The translations under genes and the position numbers were made by a program. The notes beneath the pieces were generated by a model. It saw nothing but the letters and a program-made list of their open reading frames with translations. It was not told where the DNA came from and made no database searches. A stretch of DNA of 64,000 bases from Mycobacteriales bacterium. GTDB taxonomy: Bacteria > Actinomycetota > Actinomycetes > Mycobacteriales > SCTD01. Positions 49,921-58,453 of the stretch are shown here, one piece after another; within the stretch, counting starts at the first letter, position 1, and each line of letters opens with the position of its first letter. The DNA lies in contig JAUJOY010000002.1 of the NCBI GenBank assembly GCA_030447385.1, positions 578,081-642,080 on the forward strand, written 5' to 3'.

Positions 49921-51750
49921 CTAGACAGTGCGCACGCCCGCCGCGGTCTCGCGTCGACGCACGAGCAGGGCCAGCAGGACGAACAGCAAGCCGACCACCA
50001 GCAGACCGATGACTCCCGCGAGCACGTACTTCAAGGTGCTCGACGTACCGGACTCCAGCTCCTCGAACTGCACGGCCGACATGAAGATGTCCTGGCCCTG
50101 GGTCACGGAGTCGAACATCCGGGTGTCGTCCCAGGCAACGAGTGCGTAGGCCTCGGTCGAGGCGATCCCCGGTGGGCCGTTCAGGTCGAAGTTCTGGGCG
50201 AACACCCCGATGCGGCGGTCGATCGACCTGTCGCTGATCCGGACGTTCTTCGACCAGCTGGCGCCGTTGTCGGACGAGTGCGCGTAGTAGACGTCGTTGC
50301 TGGTGATGCCGGGATCAGCCCGGGTGTCGAACCAGGCCACGTCCAGGCGACCGTCCGGCGCGATGCTCAGGTTGGGAAGGCCGCTGAAGAAGAGTTGCTT
50401 CGGGTCGTCGTCGTTGACCACCATCGGCTCGCTCCAGGTCTGTCCCCGGTCCGTCGATCGACGGTAGAAGACGTCCGCCTCACTGGCGACCTCCGGCGTC
50501 CGGGAGCCCTCGTAGACGAGGTGCAGGGTGCCGTTCTCCCCGCCTTGCGGGCTCCAGACGAGGTCCAGGCCGCCGAAGTTGTTGACGTTGTCCTTGGCGA
50601 ACGGAGTGATCTGGAAGACCTCGGTGGTCTTGCCCTGGTCGGAGGTTCGGGTGATGAAGTGAGCGGGCCGGGTCGTCCCCTTGATGTTCTGGTAGCTCGT
50701 GACCCATGCGGCGTAGGCGGTTCCCTTGTCGTCCACGGCCAACGAGGGGTTGCTGCCTCCGAAGTTCACCTGCTGGTCAGGACTCGAGGCGGGAGAACCG
50801 GGCGGTGGTGGACCGGACGCGGAGGGAGAGGGCCGCGGTGATGGAGAGGGGGAGGCGAGAGGAGACGCCGGCGCCCCTTCGTTCGGCGCAACGGGCGACG
50901 CGCTTGCGGAGGCCGTCGGGGACGCGGCAGCCGAGGCGTTCGGGGACGCAGCAGGGGAGACCCCAGGGGAGGCCCCCGGGGATGCGGCGGCGGCAGGCGC
51001 CGCGGAAGGAGTGGGGGGTACCACGACCTTGAGGGCCTCGGCGCGCACCGCTGGGTCGGCGAACTTCTGGCCGACGAGGTTGATCGGCTCCGAGAAGGTG
51101 GCCCCGCCATCGGTGGACACCGACATGACCGGGATGTTGGGCTTCCGGTTCGGGTCGGTGAGCCGGTTCTGCTGCCGCCAGCTGACGTAGAGCACGTCCT
51201 GCTCACCGCTGGTGTCCACGACGAAACCGGAGATCGGGCGGTTCGGCTCCTGCTTCTCGCCGGTCAGGCCACGGGTGTCCCGGACGATGGTCGTCTGCCA
51301 CGTCTTGCCCATGTCCTCGGAGCGTCCGACCAGCACGCTGCGGTTGGCCGCATCCTGGGTGTCCCAGCCGGCGAGGGCGTAGTAGAGCCGCTTGTCGGAC
51401 CCGAAGGCGAGCTTGCCCTGGATGGTGTGGCTGTTCGTCATCAGGCACAGCGGGTAGTTGTCCGGCGAGGGGGACGACTCGAGCGGCTCCCAGGTCTGAC
51501 CCCCGTCGAAGGACTGCATCGTCCCGCAGACCTGGGTGCGCAGGTCGACAGCCGACGCGAGGATGTGCAGCGGGTCTTCCGGGTCGACGGCGAAGTCCGG
51601 CACGCCGTAGGTCCGTGCGGGGGAGAGGTTGAACTTGGTGGCCTGGACCGGTGCGGTCACCTGCACCCGTTCCTGCGCCAGCACCTGCGTCTGGACCGGG
51701 GCCAGCGTCGCCGCCAGCAGGACACATGCCGCCACAGTCCGCTTCTTCAT
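49921..51750 (-). CDS. BNR/Asp-box repeat beta-propeller protein with C-terminal TM anchor
   Basis: Signal peptide from MKKRTVAAC. Six S-x-D-x-G-x-T-W-type boxes (SFDGGQTW, SEDMGKTW, STDGGATF, TSDQGKTT, STDRGQTW, SSDNGASW). An internal Pro/Ala/Ser-rich insert of about 85 aa. TM plus RRRE tail. Confidence 0.75.
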   Translation of the reverse strand: MKKRTVAACVLLAATLAPVQTQVLAQERVQVTAPVQATKFNLSPARTYGVPDFAVDPEDPLHILASAVDLRTQVCGTMQSFDGGQTWEPLESSPSPDNYPLCLMTNSHTIQGKLAFGSDKRLYYALAGWDTQDAANRSVLVGRSEDMGKTWQTTIVRDTRGLTGEKQEPNRPISGFVVDTSGEQDVLYVSWRQQNRLTDPNRKPNIPVMSVSTDGGATFSEPINLVGQKFADPAVRAEALKVVVPPTPSAAPAAAASPGASPGVSPAASPNASAAASPTASASASPVAPNEGAPASPLASPSPSPRPSPSASGPPPPGSPASSPDQQVNFGGSNPSLAVDDKGTAYAAWVTSYQNIKGTTRPAHFITRTSDQGKTTEVFQITPFAKDNVNNFGGLDLVWSPQGGENGTLHLVYEGSRTPEVASEADVFYRRSTDRGQTWSEPMVVNDDDPKQLFFSGLPNLSIAPDGRLDVAWFDTRADPGITSNDVYYAHSSDNGASWSKNVRISDRSIDRRIGVFAQNFDLNGPPGIASTEAYALVAWDDTRMFDSVTQGQDIFMSAVQFEELESGTSSTLKYVLAGVIGLLVVGLLFVLLALLVRRRETAAGVRTV

Positions 51751-51938
51751 CGTGTAAGTCCCCAGAGGTAGGTCATCCTGGCCGTCCGGACGGACCACCA
51801 GGTAGGTCGGGCGAGGGCTAGCGCCGAGCGCCGCTCGGCTTTCGGGCATGCGGGCGACCAGCCCGTCCGGCGCCCGCTGTCCGGGCTCCTCGCGCGCCGG
51901 GCGGGCCGGGGCATGGTCGTGCGGGTGGCGCTGGTCGG

Positions 51939-51967
51939 CTGCGCGGGCCTCCCACAGGCCCGCGCAG
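51939..51967 (-). terminator. 11-bp stem / 7-nt loop hairpin 23 nt downstream of the 51990 stop
   Basis: ctgcgcgggcc tcccaca ggcccgcgcag. Confidence 0.45.
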
Positions 51968-51989
51968 CTGCCTGCTCTGCTGGTCGGTC

Positions 51990-52574
51990 CTACTTAGCGA
52001 CTGGTGCGGTCTCCGGCTGCGGCCGCCGACGGGTGCTGAAGTAGACACCGGCACCGGCGATGAACAGCGCCACACCCGCGACCCCCACCCCGGCCAGCAC
52101 GAGGGAGCCGGTGCTGACCGGATCGCTCTCCGTCAGGCCCACCGGCCTGTCAGCCGCACCCGCGTTCAGGGGAGCCCCCAGCACCGGGGCACCTCCTGTG
52201 CCCTCGACGCTGACCAGCGCCCGGCTCGGGATGATCGCGAACTTCCCGTCAGCCGACTGCTGGGTCCCGATGAGGACGTAGTTCCCAGGGGCTGTCCCCG
52301 CCGGGATGGTGACCGTGGCATCCAGTCGGTCGCTGACCGGGTCAGGCTGGAAGGTGCCGAGGATCGGCCCGTCGAGGGCGTTGAAGCGCACGACCACCGG
52401 CAGGTCGCCGTTCCAGGAGATGCCGCTGACCTTGACCGAGCTGCCGGCCGGCACACTGCGGGGTTCGGCGGCGAGGGTGGGACCCGCGACGCAGGCCCAC
52501 GCCGCAGCGGCGAACAGCATCACAGCGGCGCCGGTGGCGGCTCCGAGAGTCACGAACTTGCTTTGGCTTCTCAT
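51990..52574 (-). CDS. Tail-anchored secreted Ig-like surface protein, diverged paralogue
   Basis: Signal peptide ending AWA/C, PAGSSVKVSGISW module, and C-terminal TM with RRR tail. Same architecture as 48278-48868. Confidence 0.7.
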   Translation of the reverse strand: MRSQSKFVTLGAATGAAVMLFAAAAWACVAGPTLAAEPRSVPAGSSVKVSGISWNGDLPVVVRFNALDGPILGTFQPDPVSDRLDATVTIPAGTAPGNYVLIGTQQSADGKFAIIPSRALVSVEGTGGAPVLGAPLNAGAADRPVGLTESDPVSTGSLVLAGVGVAGVALFIAGAGVYFSTRRRPQPETAPVAK

Positions 52575-52943
52575 TGTCTACGACCTTCCGAGCGACAGGC
52601 GCTCAATCTGGCTGGCAGTGCGAACACGTTCCAGACGGTGCACTCCATCGTCAGGACGACGTATTCCCGATGAATACCACATTTCTTCGCCGAGGGGCAC
52701 CAGGAGTGACGTGGACGCAAGGCCGCCTCCCGACTGTGCGGGCAGCGGGTCAGCCGACGACAGGCAGGATTGCGCAGCCGGAACCCGCTGTGCAGCAGGA
52801 AGTTCGCACCGCGACGACACGGGTTCCGCTGCACGCACAGCCAGCCGCGGGCGGTCCGGTGCCCACCAGCTTCCGTGATGATTGCCGAAAGCTGAAGGAT
52901 TCTGGCCATTGCTCGTCAGAACACTACAGTCCGGGCACATCTA

Positions 52944-52971
52944 TTGCCCCGGGCCACGGCACCCTGACAAT
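52944..52971 (+). promoter_or_regulatory. Candidate promoter (TTGCCC-16-GACAAT) upstream of surface-protein gene B
   Basis: See the matching element at 48146-48174. Confidence 0.25.
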
Positions 52972-53068
52972 GTGGCGGGCGGTAAGCCGCTCGTGCAGAT
53001 CTTCCGCCGGCGGTCCCACTGCACGCTGAGGCTTCCGCCCCGGCGTTCCACGATCCGGAGGCACGCTG

Positions 53069-53659
53069 ATGATCGGCAAGAGGTCCCTCTCGGTGGCGTT
53101 CAGCGCCGCTGTGGCAGGCATGGTTCTGTTCGCCGGCGTCGCCTACGCCTGCACCAACCTGGCGACGCTCAACCTGAGCACCGCGAGCGGCAGCGTCGGT
53201 GACACCGTCACCGTCACCGGCTCCTCGTTCCGCACCCCGGCCAAGGCCACCGATGCGGTGATGCCGGTGTCGCTGAGCTGGAACGGCGCCGACGGCCCGG
53301 TCCTGGCGCAGACCGTGCCGGACGCCGCGGGCAACATCTCCGCCACCTTCACCGTGCCCGAGGGTCAGGCCGGGTACTACGTGATCCTGGCCAAGCAGCT
53401 CGACGCCAAGGGTGTGGACGCCTACGGCACCCCGGCCCGCGCGGCGTTCCAGATCCTGGGCGCCAACGGTGAGTCCGTGGTGACCCCGCAGACCAGCCAG
53501 ACCCCCGCGGTCAGCGAGGGCAACGGCGCGGGCATCCTGGCCCTGACCGTCGGTCTGGGTGCGCTGGGCCTGAGCCTGTTCGCCGCGGGCTTCACCGCCT
53601 TCGCCCGCCAGGCCCGCCGCCAGGAGGTCCCGGCCACGGCCAAGGTGCGCAACAACTAG
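53069..53659 (+). CDS. Tail-anchored secreted Ig-like surface protein, copy B (identical protein to copy A)
   Basis: The 196-aa translation is identical to 48278-48868. Confidence 0.7.
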   Translation: MIGKRSLSVAFSAAVAGMVLFAGVAYACTNLATLNLSTASGSVGDTVTVTGSSFRTPAKATDAVMPVSLSWNGADGPVLAQTVPDAAGNISATFTVPEGQAGYYVILAKQLDAKGVDAYGTPARAAFQILGANGESVVTPQTSQTPAVSEGNGAGILALTVGLGALGLSLFAAGFTAFARQARRQEVPATAKVRNN

Positions 53660-53691
53660 CCTGCATCACCTCCCACCTCGCGGTGGGACCG

Positions 53692-53727
53692 CCACAACGG
53701 GCGCCCCTGCCGGGGCGTCCGTTGTGG
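53692..53727 (+). terminator. Hairpin, copy of 48901-48936 with one G-U wobble
   Basis: ccacaacgggcgcccc tgcc ggggcgtccgttgtgg. Confidence 0.5.
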
Positions 53728-53784
53728 CGCGCCCGGAACCGGTCCGGATCTCGTCACGTCGTCCCTGTCGGAGGCAGAACACCC

Positions 53785-55437
53785 ATGAGCGAGCATCCAC
53801 AGGCGGTACGGCGGACCCGCTGGGTTCTGGTGTCCGCCCTCACCCTGCTCGCCAGTGGCTGCTCCGGGAACGCGGAGCCACGGCCCCCGGCTCCGATCGC
53901 GAGGGCCGCCGAGCAGCAGCTGCGCGTCGCGGTCGGCGACGACGAGTTCCTGCAGGGCAACCCGCCCGTCGCCAACCTCGGTCTTTTGGCCGAGGGCCTC
54001 AACCCGGGCATCTTCGAGACGCTCACCGTGCTCACGCCGAGTTTCGGGCTCCGGCCCGGTCTCGCGGTGCGATGGCGTGCCGAGTCGCCCACCGAGTGGC
54101 GGTTCGAGCTCCGGCCGGAGGTTCGCTTCCACGACGGCTCACCTCTGACGGCTGCTGCCGTCGTGCAGTCCCTGCGCCGCGTCACCGGCGGCACGAACGA
54201 CACGCCCCGCGGAGAGGTGGCGCTGCGTCCGACCCGTCCTCGCGGCCTGGAACCGGACTCGGCGACGGCGCTCGAGGACCTGGTCGTGCGCATCGTCCTG
54301 TCCGAGCCGAACCTTCGGCTCGCCGAGCAGCTGGCGGGGCCCCGTACCGCCGTCTCGGCGGTGGGGACAGTCCCCGGCGACGGGAAGACGCGGGAGACCA
54401 CGCCGATCGGCACCGGCCCCTTTCGCTTCTCGAGCTACCGCCCGGGAGTCGACCTCGAGGTTCAGGCCTTCCCGGACCACTGGGACGGGCCGCCGGAGCT
54501 CGAGGGGATCACCTTCCGGTTCGGGCCGGAGAAGGACGCCAGCCTGCTGCTCGCCACGGGCAAGGTCGACGCGGTGGGTTACGTCGCGGCCGACGTGCTG
54601 GCCAACGTGAAGGACGGGGAGGACCGGCAGGTGCTGTCGACCCCCGCCAGGGCCACCTTCCTGCTCCTCAACCGCGAAGGGGTGGCGGAGTGGTCCACGT
54701 TGAAGGAGGACCCTGTGCGTGCGGCGGTGGCGCAGGCCATCGACCGAAGCGCGATAGCGGAGAAGGCGTGGCCGGGCCACGGCAGGCCGAGCAGCTCCCT
54801 CATCCCGCCGATCGTGCTGGGTTCGGCGGCGGAGAGCGTACGGCTGGCCCGGCCCGACCCTGCGGCCGCGGGGAAGCTGCTCGACCAGGCGGGGTGGCGG
54901 CCGGGCGCGGACGGGATGCGGGCGCGGAACGGGCGCCCGCTGGTGCTCGACATCCTCGTACGCCAGCCCGGGGAGGGTCTGCCGGCGGCGGCAGCTCTCC
55001 TGCGCGACCAGCTGCGCACAGTCGGGATCGGGACGTCCACCGTCGTCGGGCTCCCCGGAGACCCCACCCCGCTTCAGCGCGTCAACTCGGCGTCCTTCGA
55101 CCTGTTCCTGGATTTGCGTGGGCAGGACGACGCCAACCCGTGCGCGCTGTGTCGGTTCTTCTCCATCCGCCCAGGTGCCGACCTCCAGGTGGCCGGGGTG
55201 GTGGGCGGGGGACCGAAGGCCGACGCGCTGTTCGACCAGGTGCACTCCGCGCCCTCGATCGACTCCGCCCGGCGCGTGGCGGCCGACCTGATGCAGGTGG
55301 CTGTGGTCGAGGAGAACGTCGCTGTGCCGCTGGCCGCGTTGTCCAACGTGTGGCTGCTGTCACCTCAGGTGGAGGGCTTCGAAGCAGCGGCGATCGGTGG
55401 CACCCAGCAGTGGCATCGGGTCTTCCGGTCCCGGTGA
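53785..55437 (+). CDS. ABC-type family-5 (peptide/nickel) solute-binding lipoprotein, no adjacent permease or ATPase
   Basis: GGAGG RBS, LASGC lipobox, WRFELRPEVRFHDGSPLTAAAV typical of SBP_bac_5. Confidence 0.75.
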   Translation: MSEHPQAVRRTRWVLVSALTLLASGCSGNAEPRPPAPIARAAEQQLRVAVGDDEFLQGNPPVANLGLLAEGLNPGIFETLTVLTPSFGLRPGLAVRWRAESPTEWRFELRPEVRFHDGSPLTAAAVVQSLRRVTGGTNDTPRGEVALRPTRPRGLEPDSATALEDLVVRIVLSEPNLRLAEQLAGPRTAVSAVGTVPGDGKTRETTPIGTGPFRFSSYRPGVDLEVQAFPDHWDGPPELEGITFRFGPEKDASLLLATGKVDAVGYVAADVLANVKDGEDRQVLSTPARATFLLLNREGVAEWSTLKEDPVRAAVAQAIDRSAIAEKAWPGHGRPSSSLIPPIVLGSAAESVRLARPDPAAAGKLLDQAGWRPGADGMRARNGRPLVLDILVRQPGEGLPAAAALLRDQLRTVGIGTSTVVGLPGDPTPLQRVNSASFDLFLDLRGQDDANPCALCRFFSIRPGADLQVAGVVGGGPKADALFDQVHSAPSIDSARRVAADLMQVAVVEENVAVPLAALSNVWLLSPQVEGFEAAAIGGTQQWHRVFRSR

Positions 55438-55462
55438 CCCGCGACCCGCGCTGGCCCGCGAG

Positions 55463-55930
55463 CTAGGGCTGGGCCCCGACGCGGCTGGGCGCGGCGGTGC
55501 GAGCCCGGAAGAGCAGGCACCAGCCGACACCGAGCAGCAGCACTGCCAGCCCTGGCGTGCTGTGGTGCAGCGTCGCCCCCCAGGGCGCCTCGCCGCGGGT
55601 GGCCTGCAGGACCAGGGGAAGGTGCGTCGCGTCCATCCAGAGGCCCGCCACCAGGATGACCAGCCCTACACCGAACAGCGGTCCCATCGTGGTCGCGCGG
55701 CGCCCGATCAGCAGCGCGAGCAAGGAGACCACGATGACCAGCGTCCCAGGCACCACGTGGTCGACGAACTCCAGCTGGTCGCCGCGGGGGCCGAGCTCGA
55801 GACGAGGTCCGCCGTACCGGGGCAGCAGCGCCCACGTACCGACCAGGACTCCGAGACCCGCCAGCATCGGGACGGCGGCCAGGCGCCGCCGGGCCAGCGC
55901 CGCATCGGGTGCACTCGTGCTCTTGGTCAT
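55463..55930 (-). CDS. Small four-TM membrane protein
   Basis: Hydrophobic segments. ATGA overlap with the upstream BNR gene. Confidence 0.5.
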   Translation of the reverse strand: MTKSTSAPDAALARRRLAAVPMLAGLGVLVGTWALLPRYGGPRLELGPRGDQLEFVDHVVPGTLVIVVSLLALLIGRRATTMGPLFGVGLVILVAGLWMDATHLPLVLQATRGEAPWGATLHHSTPGLAVLLLGVGWCLLFRARTAAPSRVGAQP

Positions 55931-57459
55931 GCCTCGGCTCCTGTCGGCTGCGTGCGCGGTCGCGCCTGCTTGCGTATCAGCGTAAGGACGGCCACCACCG
56001 CAACCAGGCCGGACAGCAGGATCAGGACGGGGGCCGTACGGCTCAGCGGGCCTCCCGAGCCGAGCGTCACCGTCGCCGCGAAGACGTCCTGTCGGCCGGT
56101 GTTCACGTCGCCCAGCCGCGTGTCGGTCCAGCTGGCGAGTGCTTCCCTCTCGGTGCTCACCAGGCCGAGCCGGGTGCCGAAGTCGGTGCCGTACTCCGGC
56201 CCGAAGGTGGGACCGACGGCCGAGCTGAACGGCTGCGAGGACACCCGCACGTTGGTGAACGTGTCGCGGCCGTTGTCGGACGAGGCGAGGTAAACCTCCG
56301 TCTGCACATCGGCGGGATCGCCGCGGCGGTCGTAGAACAGCACATCCACCCGGCCGTCGGGCGCAACAGCGACGCGCGGGAGGTACTGGCTCGTGCCGTC
56401 TGCCATGGCGTTGTCGTTCACCCTCGTGGCATCGGACCAGGTGCCCCCGCCGTCCTCCGAGCGGCGCAGGAAGACGTCTTCGTTGCCGTTGCGGCCGTCG
56501 GCCCAGGCGACGGAGAGGGAACCGTCCGGGCCGGCCGCGAGCGAGGGGTAGTCCGGCAGGAAGACGAGGAAGCGGCGCGCGGGGACGAAGTTCGACTCGA
56601 TCTCCACGCCCTGGCCGAAGGTCCTGCCGCCGTCGGTGGACCGGGTGACCACCAGCGCGTACGGGTCCTCGGCTACCGGTCCCTGCAGCCCGCCGAAGTT
56701 GCGCCGGTCGTTCTTGAAGTCCTGGTAGAGGACGACGACGTCGCCACCGGAGTCGATGACCGGACTGGCCGCGCCGACCCGCTCGCGGGAGGCATCGCTG
56801 ACCGCCACCGGAGTGGAGAAGGTGCGTCCGCCGTCCCCCGACCGAGCGGTGACGACGCGGGCCGGGCCGACCAGCTGGTTGAGGCCCACAGCCTCGGCGT
56901 CCAGCCAGACGAGGTGGACGCTGCCAGCGTCGTCCACCACGACGCGCGGTTGGAAGGAGAGCTCACCGGCGACGCGGACAGGCTGCTCGAGGGTGCGACC
57001 ACCATCTGTGGAGCGAGCGAGCCAGAGGGCCGCCGGCGTGTTGCCGCGCCCCTGCAGAGAGAGGTAGACGACGTACAAGGTGCCGTCCGGCCCGAAGGCG
57101 ACGTCGGCCGCGAAGGGGCAGGGCTTCTGCTCGGGCGAGGCGGCACACGGCTCGGTGCCGGCGGGCAGGGGGAGCGAGGTCGGCTGCCAGGTGGCACCAC
57201 CGTCCGCGCTCCACTCGAGCAGCGCGGAAAAGCCCGGCCGGTCGATGCGGTGCGCGACGACGGCGCGACGGCGATCGTCCGGATCGGTCGCCACGGTCGG
57301 AGAGTTGTTCACCGAGATGACGCCCGGCGGGTTCACGAGGACGTTGGCGCCGACGGTGGTCTCGCCCCCGGTCCGGTAGAGCGTCGCCGCCGCCACGAGC
57401 GCGGCCACCAACCCGAGGCACATCGCCGCGAGACCCACCGCGGTCTTCCGGTCTGTCAT
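55927..57459 (-). CDS. BNR/Asp-box repeat beta-propeller protein with N- and C-terminal TM segments
   Basis: SADGGATW, STDGGRTL, SGDGGRTF, STDGGRTF, SEDGGGTW, SSDNGRDT. Start taken at MTDRKTAVG. Confidence 0.75.
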   Translation of the reverse strand: MTDRKTAVGLAAMCLGLVAALVAAATLYRTGGETTVGANVLVNPPGVISVNNSPTVATDPDDRRRAVVAHRIDRPGFSALLEWSADGGATWQPTSLPLPAGTEPCAASPEQKPCPFAADVAFGPDGTLYVVYLSLQGRGNTPAALWLARSTDGGRTLEQPVRVAGELSFQPRVVVDDAGSVHLVWLDAEAVGLNQLVGPARVVTARSGDGGRTFSTPVAVSDASRERVGAASPVIDSGGDVVVLYQDFKNDRRNFGGLQGPVAEDPYALVVTRSTDGGRTFGQGVEIESNFVPARRFLVFLPDYPSLAAGPDGSLSVAWADGRNGNEDVFLRRSEDGGGTWSDATRVNDNAMADGTSQYLPRVAVAPDGRVDVLFYDRRGDPADVQTEVYLASSDNGRDTFTNVRVSSQPFSSAVGPTFGPEYGTDFGTRLGLVSTEREALASWTDTRLGDVNTGRQDVFAATVTLGSGGPLSRTAPVLILLSGLVAVVAVLTLIRKQARPRTQPTGAEA

Positions 57460-57646
57460 CGGCGCAGATACTAGGTGCAGGGGTGCCGGCAGAGCGCTAG
57501 ATGCGCTGTGCACCTAGTGATCTCGTGCTCCTGGCTTCGATATGCTCCGTGACCAGCGAGAACCGGAAGCGAGGAGCCACAGGGTGATGTCGACCCGGCG
57601 TGACGGGCGAACCGCGGGCCGACCGGATGCCTCGGGCGGCGGGGTG

Positions 57647-58453
57647 ATGCAGATGCGGCGGACCAACGGCGGTGCCCTGCGGGTGGGTGTCGTCGGCAGC
57701 GGCGGAGTCGGCAAGTCGATGATCTCGGCGAGCCTGGCGCGCATCCTCGCGCGGCGCGGACGTTCCGTGCTCGCTGTGGATCTCGACCCCAATCCCGGGC
57801 TGGCGTACAGCCTCGGCCTGGCTCCCAACGACGACGGGCTGCCGGCGGAGAGCACGGTGCGCGTGGAGAAGGGCGGCCTGTACGGCTGGGCCCCGGCGCC
57901 GGAGGTGGACCTCACGACAGCGGCCCTGACGCTGAGCCGGGTGGCGCCCGATGGTGTGCGCTACCTGAGCCCCGGGAAGATCGATGCCTCCGGGGACGCC
58001 AAGGGCGAGGTCAAGAGGTGCCTGGGCACGGTCCGCCAGATGGTGGACCTCCTAGAGGCCCCCTGGGACGTCGTGGCGGACCTCGAGGCGGGGACCACGA
58101 CGCCCTACGAGGGCTACGCGCGGTTCGCCGACACGATGGTCGTCGTGGCCAGTGGTGCCTGGCGATCGTGCGTGGCCGCGCGTCGGCTGCTGGCGCTGTT
58201 CCCCGACATGCCCGCGGTGGTGGTGGCCACCAAGTCGACACCCGGAGCAAGCGACGCGTCCCGCTGGGGACTGCCCGTACGACACACCATCCCGTTCGAC
58301 CCCGACGTCCTCGAGGCCGAGCGCCACGGTCGTGCTCCGATCGACGTCTGCCCTGATGGTCCCGCTCTGTCGGCAGTGGCAGCACTGGCCGACCTGCTCC
58401 TGGAGACCCGCCCCATGACAGTGTCCGCTCCCCGCGCCGCGGCCCACCGATGA
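57647..58453 (+). CDS. CooC/MinD-type ATPase homologue with degenerate Walker A (signature Lys replaced)
   Basis: VVGSGGVGKS instead of xKGGxGK[ST]; VADLEAG switch region. Start approximate. Confidence 0.6.
   Translation: MQMRRTNGGALRVGVVGSGGVGKSMISASLARILARRGRSVLAVDLDPNPGLAYSLGLAPNDDGLPAESTVRVEKGGLYGWAPAPEVDLTTAALTLSRVAPDGVRYLSPGKIDASGDAKGEVKRCLGTVRQMVDLLEAPWDVVADLEAGTTTPYEGYARFADTMVVVASGAWRSCVAARRLLALFPDMPAVVVATKSTPGASDASRWGLPVRHTIPFDPDVLEAERHGRAPIDVCPDGPALSAVAALADLLLETRPMTVSAPRAAAHR

Larger units (their letters stand above)
53065..53727. repeat. 663-bp direct repeat, copy B
   Basis: See copy A. Confidence 0.9.
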
